This document shows, piece by piece, positions 33,359 to 42,924 of a stretch of 57,492 nt of DNA (its first letter is position 1; every line of letters starts with the position of its first letter). This DNA comes from a virus, in IMG/VR virus record IMGVR_UViG_3300045988_172985, positions 1 to 57,492 of that record; one strand, 5' to 3'. The translations under genes were made by a program, and so were the position numbers. The notes beneath the pieces are model-generated. The model ran no database searches, was not told the origin of the DNA, and saw only the letters and a program-made list of their open reading frames with translations.

Positions 33359-34052
33359 TTGCAATAGTTTGGACATATTCACACAATTAATAAAAAAATA
33401 TAAAGATGAACATATCATTATTGTCACAGACCCTCCGTTTAATATTGGTTATAAATATAATGAATATTTGGACAATATGGATGAAACAGAATACTACGAA
33501 ATGATAGAGTTTTTCATAAACGATTTGCCAAGTGTAATTATCCATTATCCTGAACAGCTATATAAAATATCATTTCAGATTGGGAAGTTCCCTGAGAAAG
33601 TAATTAGTTGGGTTTATAACTCTAATACAGCAAAACAACATCGAGATATTGCTTTTTTCGGAATCAAACCAAACATGGCTCAAGTTAGACAACCTTATAA
33701 AAATCCAAACGATAAACGAATACAAGAGCGAATCGCCAAAGGTTGTGTGGGAGCTAAATTATATGACTGGTGGGATATAAATCAAGTTAAAAATGTTAGT
33801 AAGGAAAAGACAACACATCCGTGTCAAATGCCATTACAAGTTATGAAAAATATTGTAGGCATTTTGCCGTATGATTGTGTAATAATCGATCCCTTTATGG
33901 GAAGTGGAACAACTGGAGAGGCTATCATTGAAATGAATAGAATACAAAATGCTAACAGAAAGTTCGTTGGTATTGAAATCGATGAGAAATATTTCAATAT
34001 AGCGAAAGAACGAATAGAAAAAGCACAAAATAAATGGGATGATTTGGATTAA
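33345..34052 (+). CDS. DNA methyltransferase, N6-A/N4-C type (beta-class motif order) (235 aa)
   Basis: Motif IV TDPPF near the N-terminus and motif I IDPFMGSGTT near the C-terminus. Confidence 0.7.
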   Translation: MDVYNCNSLDIFTQLIKKYKDEHIIIVTDPPFNIGYKYNEYLDNMDETEYYEMIEFFINDLPSVIIHYPEQLYKISFQIGKFPEKVISWVYNSNTAKQHRDIAFFGIKPNMAQVRQPYKNPNDKRIQERIAKGCVGAKLYDWWDINQVKNVSKEKTTHPCQMPLQVMKNIVGILPYDCVIIDPFMGSGTTGEAIIEMNRIQNANRKFVGIEIDEKYFNIAKERIEKAQNKWDDLD

Positions 34053-34068
34053 TGAGAGAGGTGTAGCA

Positions 34069-34407
34069 ATGGAATTTTGGATGAATAATAGGCGATGGAC
34101 TATAGAAGAGGTCAACAGCGATTGGTTATTGACAGAATATAGAAAAGAAAACGATAAAGGTGTATATTGTTTTGGTTTAACGAGATATAATGAGCAAGCT
34201 ATCTATATAAATACTGAGGTACATAGAGATGTTAAAAAACAAACATTGTATCACGAGTTAATGCACTGTTATTTATGGAACTATGCTCAAAACTTTGATG
34301 AAGTAAGTGAGGAATTATTATGTGATATATCAGCAAATAGTCATGATATCATACATAAAATTGCAGAAACATACTTTGAATACTTTGAGTTGAAAGAGGG
34401 TGATTAG
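34069..34407 (+). CDS. HExxH metallopeptidase-like protein (ImmA/IrrE- or SprT-like) (112 aa)
   Basis: LYHELMHCYLW motif. Confidence 0.45.
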   Translation: MEFWMNNRRWTIEEVNSDWLLTEYRKENDKGVYCFGLTRYNEQAIYINTEVHRDVKKQTLYHELMHCYLWNYAQNFDEVSEELLCDISANSHDIIHKIAETYFEYFELKEGD

Positions 34408-35026
34408 ATTGCGATATCTAAGTATATTTGAAAAAGATAGTGATATATTGGTGGCTATCGATGACATATTTTTAAAAAACAAATGGTACGATTTAGATTG
34501 TACTTATTCAAAAGGTGTGTTTTATAAAGATATTAAAGAACCACGATTAAAAAGTGATTTGATTCCACTAAACAAATATATTATTAAAAGTGATTGTACA
34601 GAACTTAATTTTATTGATGATAATAGTCTGAATAGTATAGTCTTTGATCCACCGTTTCTCTTTAGAAAAAGAAAGAGTGTGAATAATGATAAAATTAGTG
34701 CAAGATTTACATATTTTAATAGTTATGATGATCTACAAGATATGTATAAAAGGTCACTAGATTGCTTTAAAAGAAAATTGAAAAAGGGTGGATATGTTTG
34801 TTTTAAATGTCAAGACATGACTGATGGAAAATTTTATTGTACTCATAATTTTATAATCAATTATGCTGAAAAAATAGGATTTGAATTAAAAGACATTATT
34901 ATTAAAAAGAGTAAAACTAAATTACAAAGAGATGCGAAACAACAAAATTGTGTTGCAAAGATACATAGTTATTGGTTAATTTTAAAATTGAAAGAAAGTG
35001 ATAATAATGGATTTTCCAACATTTGA
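34400..35026 (+). CDS. second putative DNA methyltransferase (about 205 aa)
   Basis: IVFDPPFLF (motif IV-like) and DLDCTYSKGVF (possible degenerate motif I). Non-ATG start (GTG 34400 or TTG 34409). Confidence 0.4.
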   Translation: MIRLRYLSIFEKDSDILVAIDDIFLKNKWYDLDCTYSKGVFYKDIKEPRLKSDLIPLNKYIIKSDCTELNFIDDNSLNSIVFDPPFLFRKRKSVNNDKISARFTYFNSYDDLQDMYKRSLDCFKRKLKKGGYVCFKCQDMTDGKFYCTHNFIINYAEKIGFELKDIIIKKSKTKLQRDAKQQNCVAKIHSYWLILKLKESDNNGFSNI

Positions 35027-35897
35027 CGAATTATTAGATAGAATTTTCTATTGTGATTCAGAGGTCTTCGCACACGACACACTATTCGTATTTATCTCTC
35101 ATAAAACACAGGAACGATTTGTTTTTCACAACTCAACTTGTGATGAGTATCAGAATTTTATAGATGAGTACAACCCAATACTTGTAACATACAATGGGAA
35201 GTCCTATGATAAATATATCTTAAAAGCATGCTTGCTTGGATATTCACCTGAGGAAACCAAAGAGATAAATGATTTTATAATAGGTGGAAATAATGGATGG
35301 GAATATCCTTTTCAGGGTTATTGTGAAATGCCACCACTTTGGGATTTGTTCGATTGCATTAAAACATTTAAATCATTGAAAGAAATCGAAGGCAATTTAA
35401 GAATGGATATTACAGAAACTACAATACCATTTGACCTTCCTGATAAATGGAATAAACAACAATTTGAGGAAGTATTGTATTATTGTACTATGGATGTTAA
35501 AGCATTGATACCATTATTTAAAAGACTTTTGAATAATTATAAAGCGAAATATACAATTTGTAAATTGGGTAAAATAGATCCACAAAAAGGATTAGGGATG
35601 ACTGATGCTAATTTAACAGCAACATTGCTTAAGGCTGAAAGGCATGATTATGATGATGCGTTTTTATACACATATCCAAGTGTGATAGACAAAAAAAAGA
35701 TACCACAAGAAGTATTAGATTATATCGATGATTTGATAGCACATAATGATTTGAATTATAAAAGAGAAGCACCATCAGTAAAGTATGACGACTGTATTGT
35801 CCAACTTGGAGTTGGTGGTTGTCATGGAGCAAAAGAAACAACATTCATATATAATAGAGGGGATGTATTGATGTGTAAGATAAATAAGGTGAATTAG
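34998..35897 (+). CDS. family-B DNA polymerase, N-terminal 3'-5' exonuclease part (split gene)
   Basis: Exo I FYCDSEVF, Exo II YNGKSYDKYIL, Exo III YYCTMDVKAL. The ORF ends just before where polymerase motif A is expected. Confidence 0.65.
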   Translation: MIIMDFPTFDELLDRIFYCDSEVFAHDTLFVFISHKTQERFVFHNSTCDEYQNFIDEYNPILVTYNGKSYDKYILKACLLGYSPEETKEINDFIIGGNNGWEYPFQGYCEMPPLWDLFDCIKTFKSLKEIEGNLRMDITETTIPFDLPDKWNKQQFEEVLYYCTMDVKALIPLFKRLLNNYKAKYTICKLGKIDPQKGLGMTDANLTATLLKAERHDYDDAFLYTYPSVIDKKKIPQEVLDYIDDLIAHNDLNYKREAPSVKYDDCIVQLGVGGCHGAKETTFIYNRGDVLMCKINKVN

Positions 35898-35914
35898 ATT
35901 GAGGGTGATATTCT

Positions 35915-37843
35915 ATGACTAAGGTATTTAAAAATTTTGACGTATCAAGTCTATATCCCAACATAGTTAGAATATTTGGATATTCAAGTAGAAGTCAAAA
36001 GAATAAGTCAGAATATGTTGACACTTTAAAACTTCGTATGGATGCAAAACATAAACGTGTATCACAAGACTTTTTGGATAGCATAGACTCGACTAACGAT
36101 GATTTAAAAAGTGGTTTAAAATTACCAATCAATGCTTATACAGGTGCTCTTCGTGCAAAGTTCAATCCATTATACGATCCATTACAAGGTTTCTCAATAT
36201 GCACAACCGCTCAACAACTAATACTTCAATTAATACATGACTTAAAACAAGTACCAACTATTGAAATTATCATGGCGAATACTGACGCCGTGGGATATAC
36301 AATTGAGGAAGAATATCAACCACAAGCATTGCAATTTATAAAAGATTGGGAAGAATTAACAAATCTTGAAATGGAAGAGGATAACATTGTTAAAATGGTT
36401 ATGCGTGACGTAAATAATTATTGCGAAATAGTACAAGTTGGGGATAATGATTTTAAGGTAAACTATAAAGGTGGAGAGTTTAAAGGAAAACACAAGTTTA
36501 AATGGAATAAAGAAGAACGAATATTTGAATATTCATTCGATGATGAAATTGAAGCAAACTCTCTTACAATAGTTAGTGAAGCACTTCTTAAAAAATTGTT
36601 ATTTGATATTCCAATTGAAGATACTATCAATAATTGTAATGACATATTTAGGTTTCAAATGATAACACATCTTGGTGGTACTTATGAAAAGTGTGTTCAA
36701 GAAAGCCCAAATGGTGATATTGAACTTCAAAGAAATAATCGTATTTATGCTTCAAATGGAACAAGTGGAACTATAATCAAAGTTAAGCCAGATGGCAGAA
36801 GAGACAGCCTTGCACTCTGCCCACCCAATCCTATTGTTGATAATAAAAATGAGTGTACTATTGAAGATGTTAATAAACTGTGGTATATTAAGATTGCTAA
36901 TCAAAAATTAAATGATTTCCTAGGCATCAAAAGATTAACAGAATATAAAAAAGATGAACTACTAACCATGGCTAAAGACCTAGGTTTAGAAGTAGATAAA
37001 AAGACTAAAAAGGATGAACTAATAAAAATAATAGAAGAAAGAAATGAGGTAATGAAAATGGCTACAAAAAAAGTAGAAACAGAAGAAAAAGAAATAACAC
37101 AAAACACAGGTAATTGTGAAATTGCACTAAATATTTATCAAAAATTAAATATGATTAAATCTGAAATAGCAGAAATTGAGTTCCTTATGGATAAACAATT
37201 ACCAACTAATATGGGAAGTGGTGAGTACGCAAGTATTGGACAGTACTACACAGTACTTCAAAACGCATGTATAAAACACAATGTATATTTTCAATGGGAT
37301 GTTTTGACAAGTGAATTACATGAAAGTTTATTCAAACCAACATCAAAACCACCGCAACATGTATATGATGTTAAATGTGAAGCAACATTTATAAATCTTG
37401 ATAACCCAAGTGATTTATTAGTAATTGATACTATGGCTAGTGGCTCAGACATTTGCGACAAGGCTATTAGTGGTGCGTCAACAATGGCTTTTAGAAACTT
37501 CTTTGATAAAAACTTTACACCAAAGTATTTAAACCAAGGTGGTGAAGAAATTATCTCAGAAGAGGAAGAAAAAACTGAAGCTCCTAAAATACCAGCATAT
37601 ATTCCACCGCAAAAGAAAGAAGAAATAAAAGAAGAAGTTGTAAGTACTAAACAAAATAGTACAGATGAAGATATTAAAAGAGTTATTGATACTATTATGA
37701 AAATAAGAGATATGAGCAATAACCCTGAGTATGGTAAATCAACATTAAACACAATTATGACAACAGAGATAACAGCAGCAGATTTACTTTCAATAGAATT
37801 AAAATTAAACAATAAGTTAGATGAGTTAGGAGGTAATAAATAA
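35915..37843 (+). CDS. family-B DNA polymerase catalytic part fused in frame to a SAP-like linker and an ERF-type single-strand annealing domain (642 aa)
   Basis: Motif A FDVSSLYPN, motif B KLPINAYTGAL, motif C MANTDAV. From about residue 386 the sequence follows the ERF pattern (IYQKLNMIKSEI ... GSDICDKAISGASTMAFRNFF). An internal GAGGT lies 8 nt before the ATG at about 37057. Confidence 0.65.
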   Translation: MTKVFKNFDVSSLYPNIVRIFGYSSRSQKNKSEYVDTLKLRMDAKHKRVSQDFLDSIDSTNDDLKSGLKLPINAYTGALRAKFNPLYDPLQGFSICTTAQQLILQLIHDLKQVPTIEIIMANTDAVGYTIEEEYQPQALQFIKDWEELTNLEMEEDNIVKMVMRDVNNYCEIVQVGDNDFKVNYKGGEFKGKHKFKWNKEERIFEYSFDDEIEANSLTIVSEALLKKLLFDIPIEDTINNCNDIFRFQMITHLGGTYEKCVQESPNGDIELQRNNRIYASNGTSGTIIKVKPDGRRDSLALCPPNPIVDNKNECTIEDVNKLWYIKIANQKLNDFLGIKRLTEYKKDELLTMAKDLGLEVDKKTKKDELIKIIEERNEVMKMATKKVETEEKEITQNTGNCEIALNIYQKLNMIKSEIAEIEFLMDKQLPTNMGSGEYASIGQYYTVLQNACIKHNVYFQWDVLTSELHESLFKPTSKPPQHVYDVKCEATFINLDNPSDLLVIDTMASGSDICDKAISGASTMAFRNFFDKNFTPKYLNQGGEEIISEEEEKTEAPKIPAYIPPQKKEEIKEEVVSTKQNSTDEDIKRVIDTIMKIRDMSNNPEYGKSTLNTIMTTEITAADLLSIELKLNNKLDELGGNK

Positions 37844-37971
37844 TGAGTGCAGAATTATTATTAGCATTTATACTTGGTATCATAGGTGGTATATTATTAT
37901 CAGTAATAGTTGTCTTTGGTATTTTTAGAAAATTAATAAATCTTAGTAAGAAAGAATTGGATAATAAATAA
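37843..37971 (+). CDS. small membrane peptide (42 aa)
   Basis: Hand-translated MSAELLLAFILGIIGGILLSVIVVFGIFRKLINLSKKELDNK. TAATG overlaps at both ends. Confidence 0.4.
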   Translation: MSAELLLAFILGIIGGILLSVIVVFGIFRKLINLSKKELDNK

Positions 37972-39029
37972 TGGAATGGCATTACAGTGAAGATAGAAGA
38001 AGAATAATACTAGATACACCACCAAAACAACTCTTGAGAATAAGCGGTCACCGTATGGCAACTGTACTTGGATTAAATCATTTTGCAACACCTTTCCAAG
38101 CGTGGGCAGAAATAACTAAGTTATTAAAAGTACCATTTGAAGAAAATAAATATCTAATTATGGGTAGAGTAGCAGAGCCAAAAATAATAGATTATGTTAG
38201 AGATAAGTTCCCTAATGTAATGAGCATGGAAGAGTACTACGGGAATGCTATTGATGACTATCGTTATAATAATTTTAAATATGATAGCAAAATCTTTGGG
38301 GGAATGTTTGACTTTGTTTGTACAAAAAATGATAAGAAAACAATAACACTTATTGGTGAAATAAAAACAAGTGGGAAACCAGAACTATTCCAAAACAATA
38401 ATGTTCCTCAAGAGTATCTTTTACAAGCTGCTTTATATGCTAAACTAAAAGGTTTGGATAAAGTGTTGTTTGTTATTTCTATAGTAAACGAGGAAGATTA
38501 TATGCACCCGGAGATGTTTGTTCCAACCGACGAAAATACAACATTGATTGTAAAAAAATTAGACGATTTGTTTTTCGAAATAGATGGTGAATATTGTGGT
38601 ATCGATGATTGTATGAGAAAAGCTGAAGAATTTTGGAATAACTATGTATTAACGGGTATATCACCGGAGTTCGATGAAAAACTAGATAAAGATTATTTAG
38701 ATATAATAAGATCAAGTAAACCATCAAACGATAACGATTTATCAACACTTTGTCTTGAAGGTATAAGACTTGCGAAAGAAATAAATGAACTTAAAGTAAC
38801 ATCAGGTTTATCTGTAAAAGAAAAAGAACTTAAAACAATTGAAAAAGCTATAAAAGAGGTTATGCTAAATTCAAATTTAGATTGTTGTGAAGGATACACA
38901 TTAAAAAGAAATAGCAAACAAGTGTTCGATGAAGAGAGGTTCGCCAAAGAACATCCAAAATCGTACGAAGGATATTTAATAGATAAAGTTGAAGTAAAAC
39001 TTAGTAAAAATATAAAGGAGGATGATTAA
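37971..39029 (+). CDS. YqaJ/lambda-Exo-like recombination exonuclease (352 aa)
   Basis: PD-(D/E)xK core FDFVC ... IGEIKTSGK ... QAALYAKL; adjacent to the ERF domain. Confidence 0.6.
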   Translation: MEWHYSEDRRRIILDTPPKQLLRISGHRMATVLGLNHFATPFQAWAEITKLLKVPFEENKYLIMGRVAEPKIIDYVRDKFPNVMSMEEYYGNAIDDYRYNNFKYDSKIFGGMFDFVCTKNDKKTITLIGEIKTSGKPELFQNNNVPQEYLLQAALYAKLKGLDKVLFVISIVNEEDYMHPEMFVPTDENTTLIVKKLDDLFFEIDGEYCGIDDCMRKAEEFWNNYVLTGISPEFDEKLDKDYLDIIRSSKPSNDNDLSTLCLEGIRLAKEINELKVTSGLSVKEKELKTIEKAIKEVMLNSNLDCCEGYTLKRNSKQVFDEERFAKEHPKSYEGYLIDKVEVKLSKNIKEDD

Positions 39030-39031
39030 TT

Positions 39032-39265
39032 GTGTTTTACGATACAAAAATAATAATAAAAGCAAATATTAAAGATTACAATTTTAATGATTCTGGAATC
39101 AAATATATGAGCAAAATGAAAGGTTCGGATGCATATATATTAGATTTATTAGCTGTAAATTTTTTAGACATAGCAATAGATAATGGACTATCAAAAAAAG
39201 ATGTATTAGACCATTTTAAAAATAATTATGAATTAGTGTTAAAAGAAAAGGAGAGTAGAAAATAA
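39032..39265 (+). CDS. hypothetical protein (77 aa, GTG start)
   Basis: Operon ORF. Confidence 0.35.
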   Translation: MFYDTKIIIKANIKDYNFNDSGIKYMSKMKGSDAYILDLLAVNFLDIAIDNGLSKKDVLDHFKNNYELVLKEKESRK

Positions 39266-39738
39266 TGAAAATAAAATTTAATTTAAATAATTATGAACCA
39301 ATACCAGAAGGAGAACAAGTTTTAGAGATAACAAAAGCGGAGTGTAAACCATCTGGAAAACCTACAGGTTGTAGTGTTACATTTAAAGACGGAAAGGGAA
39401 GAATGCTTACAAACAAGTATGACTTTAATAATCCAACAGGACTTACAATATTTGCTATTCTTTGTAGACATGCTCTTGGTATGCAGGATATGGAAGAATT
39501 TGATACAGCGATAGATACGCCAAAACTTGTTGGAAAAAAAGTAGTTTGTGAAATAGTACATAATCAAGGCACACAAGCTAGAGAAGACGGTACTTATCCT
39601 ATATTTGCAAATATTAAAAAAATAGTAAGCGGTGTTGAAGAAGTTGATCCTAGTGATTTATCAGAAGATGATTTACTTCCTAAGGCTATGCAAACACCTA
39701 GAGCACAAATAGCAAGTAGTGTTGGTGACGATTTATAA
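39265..39738 (+). CDS. phage SSB-like protein (DUF669-like) with an acidic C-terminal tip (157 aa)
   Basis: N-terminal pattern NYEPIPEGEQVLEITKAE and C-terminal ..SSVGDDL; sits at the end of the recombination module. Confidence 0.45.
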   Translation: MKIKFNLNNYEPIPEGEQVLEITKAECKPSGKPTGCSVTFKDGKGRMLTNKYDFNNPTGLTIFAILCRHALGMQDMEEFDTAIDTPKLVGKKVVCEIVHNQGTQAREDGTYPIFANIKKIVSGVEEVDPSDLSEDDLLPKAMQTPRAQIASSVGDDL

Positions 39739-39740
39739 TT

Positions 39741-39766
39741 AAAAGACCAAGAGGTCTTTTTTTTTC
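39741..39766 (+). terminator. intrinsic terminator ending the replication arm
   Basis: AGACC-aaga-GGTCT followed by T9. Confidence 0.75.
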
Positions 39767-39842
39767 TAATTTATTTCAAATTAATCTAATATTTTTTAGT
39801 ACACTTTTTGAGATATACTTATTATAGATAGAGGTGATATGA

Positions 39843-40004
39843 ATGTATTGTAAAACCGATAGTTTTGAACATTGTGTTAAACAATCATTACAAATTGCCT
39901 CTATTTTTTGGTGTAAAAAAGTGGACTTCGATGACGAGATGTTAAATCAAAAAATTGAAGAAATTGTAAAATACATAGAAAGGATAGATGAAAATGTACA
40001 ATAA
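39843..40004 (+). CDS. hypothetical Cys-containing mini-protein (53 aa)
   Basis: Hand-translated ORF behind a GAGGTGA RBS. Confidence 0.35.
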   Translation: MYCKTDSFEHCVKQSLQIASIFWCKKVDFDDEMLNQKIEEIVKYIERIDENVQ

Positions 40005-40395
40005 TTATAACCCGTACAATCCGTACTTTAATAATCAACAAATACAAAATAGATATCAACCAATCGATCAAGCTATTGGTCCTAAACCCATGGGGCTTAA
40101 TGGCAAAGTTGTAGATAGCATTGACACAGTAAAAGGAATGGATATTAACCTTGACGGTACTGTTAGTTATTTTCCTTTAGCGGACGGTAGTAAAATTATT
40201 ACCAAACAGCTAAATAGTGATGGAACTAGTAAAATAGTTATCTATTCTCAAACTAAAGAGGATAATAAAGAGGTTAAATATATTACTAGTGAAGAGTTAG
40301 ATAAAGCCATTAAGAAAATTGATTTGTCCGATATAAAAGACGATATTAAATCTTTGAAAAAACAAATTAAAGAGTTGAGGGATAATGATGAATAA
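39988..40395 (+). CDS. protein with an Asn/Gln/Tyr/Pro-rich N-terminus (135 aa)
   Basis: MKMYNNYNPYNPYFNNQQIQNRYQP... followed by a globular region. Confidence 0.45.
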   Translation: MKMYNNYNPYNPYFNNQQIQNRYQPIDQAIGPKPMGLNGKVVDSIDTVKGMDINLDGTVSYFPLADGSKIITKQLNSDGTSKIVIYSQTKEDNKEVKYITSEELDKAIKKIDLSDIKDDIKSLKKQIKELRDNDE

Positions 40396-40615
40396 TCCGA
40401 TAAATATGATAAAAATGATGATGGGAAAAATGTCCCCAAAAGATATGGCAATGAAAATGATAGAGAACAATTCTAATCCAGTTTTTGCTAATCTAATAGA
40501 TATGGCTAATAGAGGTGACACAAAAGGTGTTGAAGAATTTGCTAGAAACATTATGAAGGAAAAAGGACTGGATTACGATACAGAGTTTAATAAGTTCAAA
40601 GATAATTTTAAATAG
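40385..40615 (+). CDS. hypothetical Met-rich protein (76 aa)
   Basis: Operon ORF. Confidence 0.4.
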   Translation: MMNNPINMIKMMMGKMSPKDMAMKMIENNSNPVFANLIDMANRGDTKGVEEFARNIMKEKGLDYDTEFNKFKDNFK

Positions 40616-40684
40616 GTGTCTACCATTTCGTTATAAACAACAAAATGGGTGATATAAAAAGAATAAAGAGGGGAGGTGAAATAA

Positions 40685-41521
40685 ATGAGAGGAGAAAGTT
40701 CTTTAAGTCCATCAGATGTTGCATTACTTGCAGGAAATAATGGAAGAAATAATGATGGTATGTTCGGTGATAACTGGGCATGGATTATTGTTCTATTTCT
40801 AATATTTGCTTTCGGTGGATGGAATAATGGATTCAGTGGCAATAGAGGAAATGGCTCTAACGGAAGTGGTTCAGTAATGGATTCTTACGTGCTTGCGTCA
40901 GACTTTGCTACTATTCAAAGACAACTTAGCGATGGATTTAATGATTTAACATCACAATCAAGATATATTCAAAATGGATTATGTGATGGTTTCTATAATC
41001 AAGCACAATTAATCAATGGTGTTAATACAAACATTGCTGGTTCAACTGCTGCACTACAAAATGCATTATGTCAAGGATTCAATGGTGTGAACCAAGGTAT
41101 TGTAACAAATGGTTATGAAACTAGAAATGCTATTCAAGGTGTAAGTTCACAATTAGCAAGTTGTTGTTGCGATATTCGTGAAGGTATCCAAGGTATAAAT
41201 TATAACTTAGCTACTAACACATGTGCATTACAAAACACAATGAACATGAATACTAGAGATATAGTAGATACTGTTAATGCAAATTATAGAGCACTTCATG
41301 ATGAGATTGTTGCTAATAGAATTGAAGATAAGAATGCTCAAATCGCTGCTCAGCAAAATGAGATTAATGCTCTTAGATTATCTGCTAGTCAGGCAAATCA
41401 AAATCAATACTTAATTGATCAATTAAAACCTTGTGCTTCACCAGCATATTTGGTACCAAATCCAAACTGTTGCTACAATTATAATGTAACAAGTGGTTGT
41501 AACGGATGTGGAAGTTATTAA
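40685..41521 (+). CDS. membrane-anchored Asn/Gln/Gly/Cys-rich repeat protein (278 aa)
   Basis: TM helix WAWIIVLFLIFAFGGW. Repeated IQNGLCDGF / LQNALCQGF / IQGVSSQLASCCC units. A coiled coil. A Cys-rich tail CCYNYNVTSGCNGCGSY. Confidence 0.5.
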   Translation: MRGESSLSPSDVALLAGNNGRNNDGMFGDNWAWIIVLFLIFAFGGWNNGFSGNRGNGSNGSGSVMDSYVLASDFATIQRQLSDGFNDLTSQSRYIQNGLCDGFYNQAQLINGVNTNIAGSTAALQNALCQGFNGVNQGIVTNGYETRNAIQGVSSQLASCCCDIREGIQGINYNLATNTCALQNTMNMNTRDIVDTVNANYRALHDEIVANRIEDKNAQIAAQQNEINALRLSASQANQNQYLIDQLKPCASPAYLVPNPNCCYNYNVTSGCNGCGSY

Positions 41522-41586
41522 TGCGTAACCCTATTTAGGAAACTCGATTACGAGAACTCGCAATCCCGTGTGATAACACGGATTTA

Positions 41587-41611
41587 AAGATAGGGTAATA
41601 CCTATCTTTTT
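41587..41611 (+). terminator. intrinsic terminator-like hairpin
   Basis: AAGATAGG-gtaata-CCTATCTT followed by TTT. Confidence 0.45.
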
Positions 41612-41673
41612 AAATGTGTCGGATTCGACACCTTTGGAAAAATATAAACAATATAAAGAAAGGAAATGATAAA

Positions 41674-42120
41674 ATGATTCAAGGATACAACGAGAGTATT
41701 GTTAGTTTACCAAGTAATTCTGCTCCTGTTACATTAACAACGGATTGTATAAGAACTAGGAGTACTTATAATTGGTTATGCCATTCACAAGGTTCACCAA
41801 TATATAAAATAAAACAAGGTGGAAGATATAGAGTATCTTTTAATACAAATGTAACATCGGCTGCAACAGGTGTAGTGGCATTTGGTTTGTACGCTGACGG
41901 TGTTTTAGTACCTGGCACAACTGTTATTGCTGATGTGGCTACAGCAGGTAGTTATTACAATTTATCTTTTGATAAAGAAGTGCCTATATGTTGTGGGACA
42001 TCTACAACATTAACTGTTGCTTCTGTTCCAAGTGTACTTAGTGGTGCAACACCAGCTGCAACAGTAACGCAAGTACCTACTATCCAAAACACTAATTTGA
42101 TTATCACGAGAGAGTGTTAG
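41674..42120 (+). CDS. BclA-C-terminal-domain / C1q-TNF-like jelly-roll protein (148 aa)
   Basis: GGRYRVSFNTNVTSAATGVVAFGLYADGVLVPGT ... NLIITRE follows the exosporium BclA-CTD pattern by eye. No collagen region is present. Confidence 0.4.
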   Translation: MIQGYNESIVSLPSNSAPVTLTTDCIRTRSTYNWLCHSQGSPIYKIKQGGRYRVSFNTNVTSAATGVVAFGLYADGVLVPGTTVIADVATAGSYYNLSFDKEVPICCGTSTTLTVASVPSVLSGATPAATVTQVPTIQNTNLIITREC

Positions 42121-42128
42121 GTGATATT

Positions 42129-42572
42129 ATGAATGAAATAAAAGAAAAAGTTGAAAAAATAATAAGTGATATGGGTGAAAGAGAACTAGAACCAAATGAT
42201 ATAGATATGCTTGGTAAATTAGTGGATATTCACAAAGATATTGCAAACGAAGAATACTGGAAGGAGAAGTTAGAAATGAGATACGGAAATTATAGAAGAG
42301 ACTATGATTATGATGATATGTCATACGGAAGAAGACGTAGAGATAGCCGTGGACGCTATATGAAATCAGGTAAAATGATGGATGATATGTATGACACATA
42401 TAACAGATATGACGAGTCAAGAAGTTATGGTGACAGAGGTGAAACAGCGAAATCTCTAGAATACATGATGCAATCAGCATATGATTTTATTTGTATGTTG
42501 GAAGATGAAGCTAATACCGACGAAGAAATGGATATCATAAGAAAATATGCCAGAAAAATCAGCGAGTTATAG
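42129..42572 (+). CDS. Arg/Tyr/Asp-rich low-complexity protein (147 aa)
   Basis: RYGNYRRDYDYDDMSYGRRRRDSRGRY core between helical ends. Confidence 0.4.
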   Translation: MNEIKEKVEKIISDMGERELEPNDIDMLGKLVDIHKDIANEEYWKEKLEMRYGNYRRDYDYDDMSYGRRRRDSRGRYMKSGKMMDDMYDTYNRYDESRSYGDRGETAKSLEYMMQSAYDFICMLEDEANTDEEMDIIRKYARKISEL

Positions 42573-42921
42573 ATATTATAATAATAATCCGAAGCACTTG
42601 CTAACTGATGATTGCGTTTTGAGATCTTTATCTGTAGCTGAGGGTATAAGTTGGAACGAGTGTCAACGAAAATTAAGTTATTTATCGGCTATAGAGGGAT
42701 TGATATTAAATGACGTGGAATTTGTTGAAAATTATTTAGATGAGCGATACCCAAGAAAATGTTATAGAAATATGACTATTGGAAAATTTGCCAGTGTTTG
42801 TCCAAAAGGAAACTTTGTTGTTACAACAGATGGTCATATAACAGCAATTATAAATAATATTATAGTGGACACTTGGGATTGCTCTGATAAGATAATGAAA
42901 TGTTGCTGGCAAATAAAATAA
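42547..42921 (+). CDS. hypothetical conserved-looking protein (124 aa)
   Basis: YYNNNPKHLLTDDCVLRSLS ... DTWDCS pattern; function unknown. Confidence 0.4.
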   Translation: MPEKSASYRYYNNNPKHLLTDDCVLRSLSVAEGISWNECQRKLSYLSAIEGLILNDVEFVENYLDERYPRKCYRNMTIGKFASVCPKGNFVVTTDGHITAIINNIIVDTWDCSDKIMKCCWQIK

Positions 42922-42924
42922 ATA

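Noticed and set aside
35898-35914. The PolB split as a simple pseudogene or frameshift error
   Set aside because: This cannot be excluded without reads. However, the second ORF has a well-placed GAGGGTG RBS and an ATG, and both halves are otherwise intact. It is therefore reported as a split gene rather than a pseudogene.
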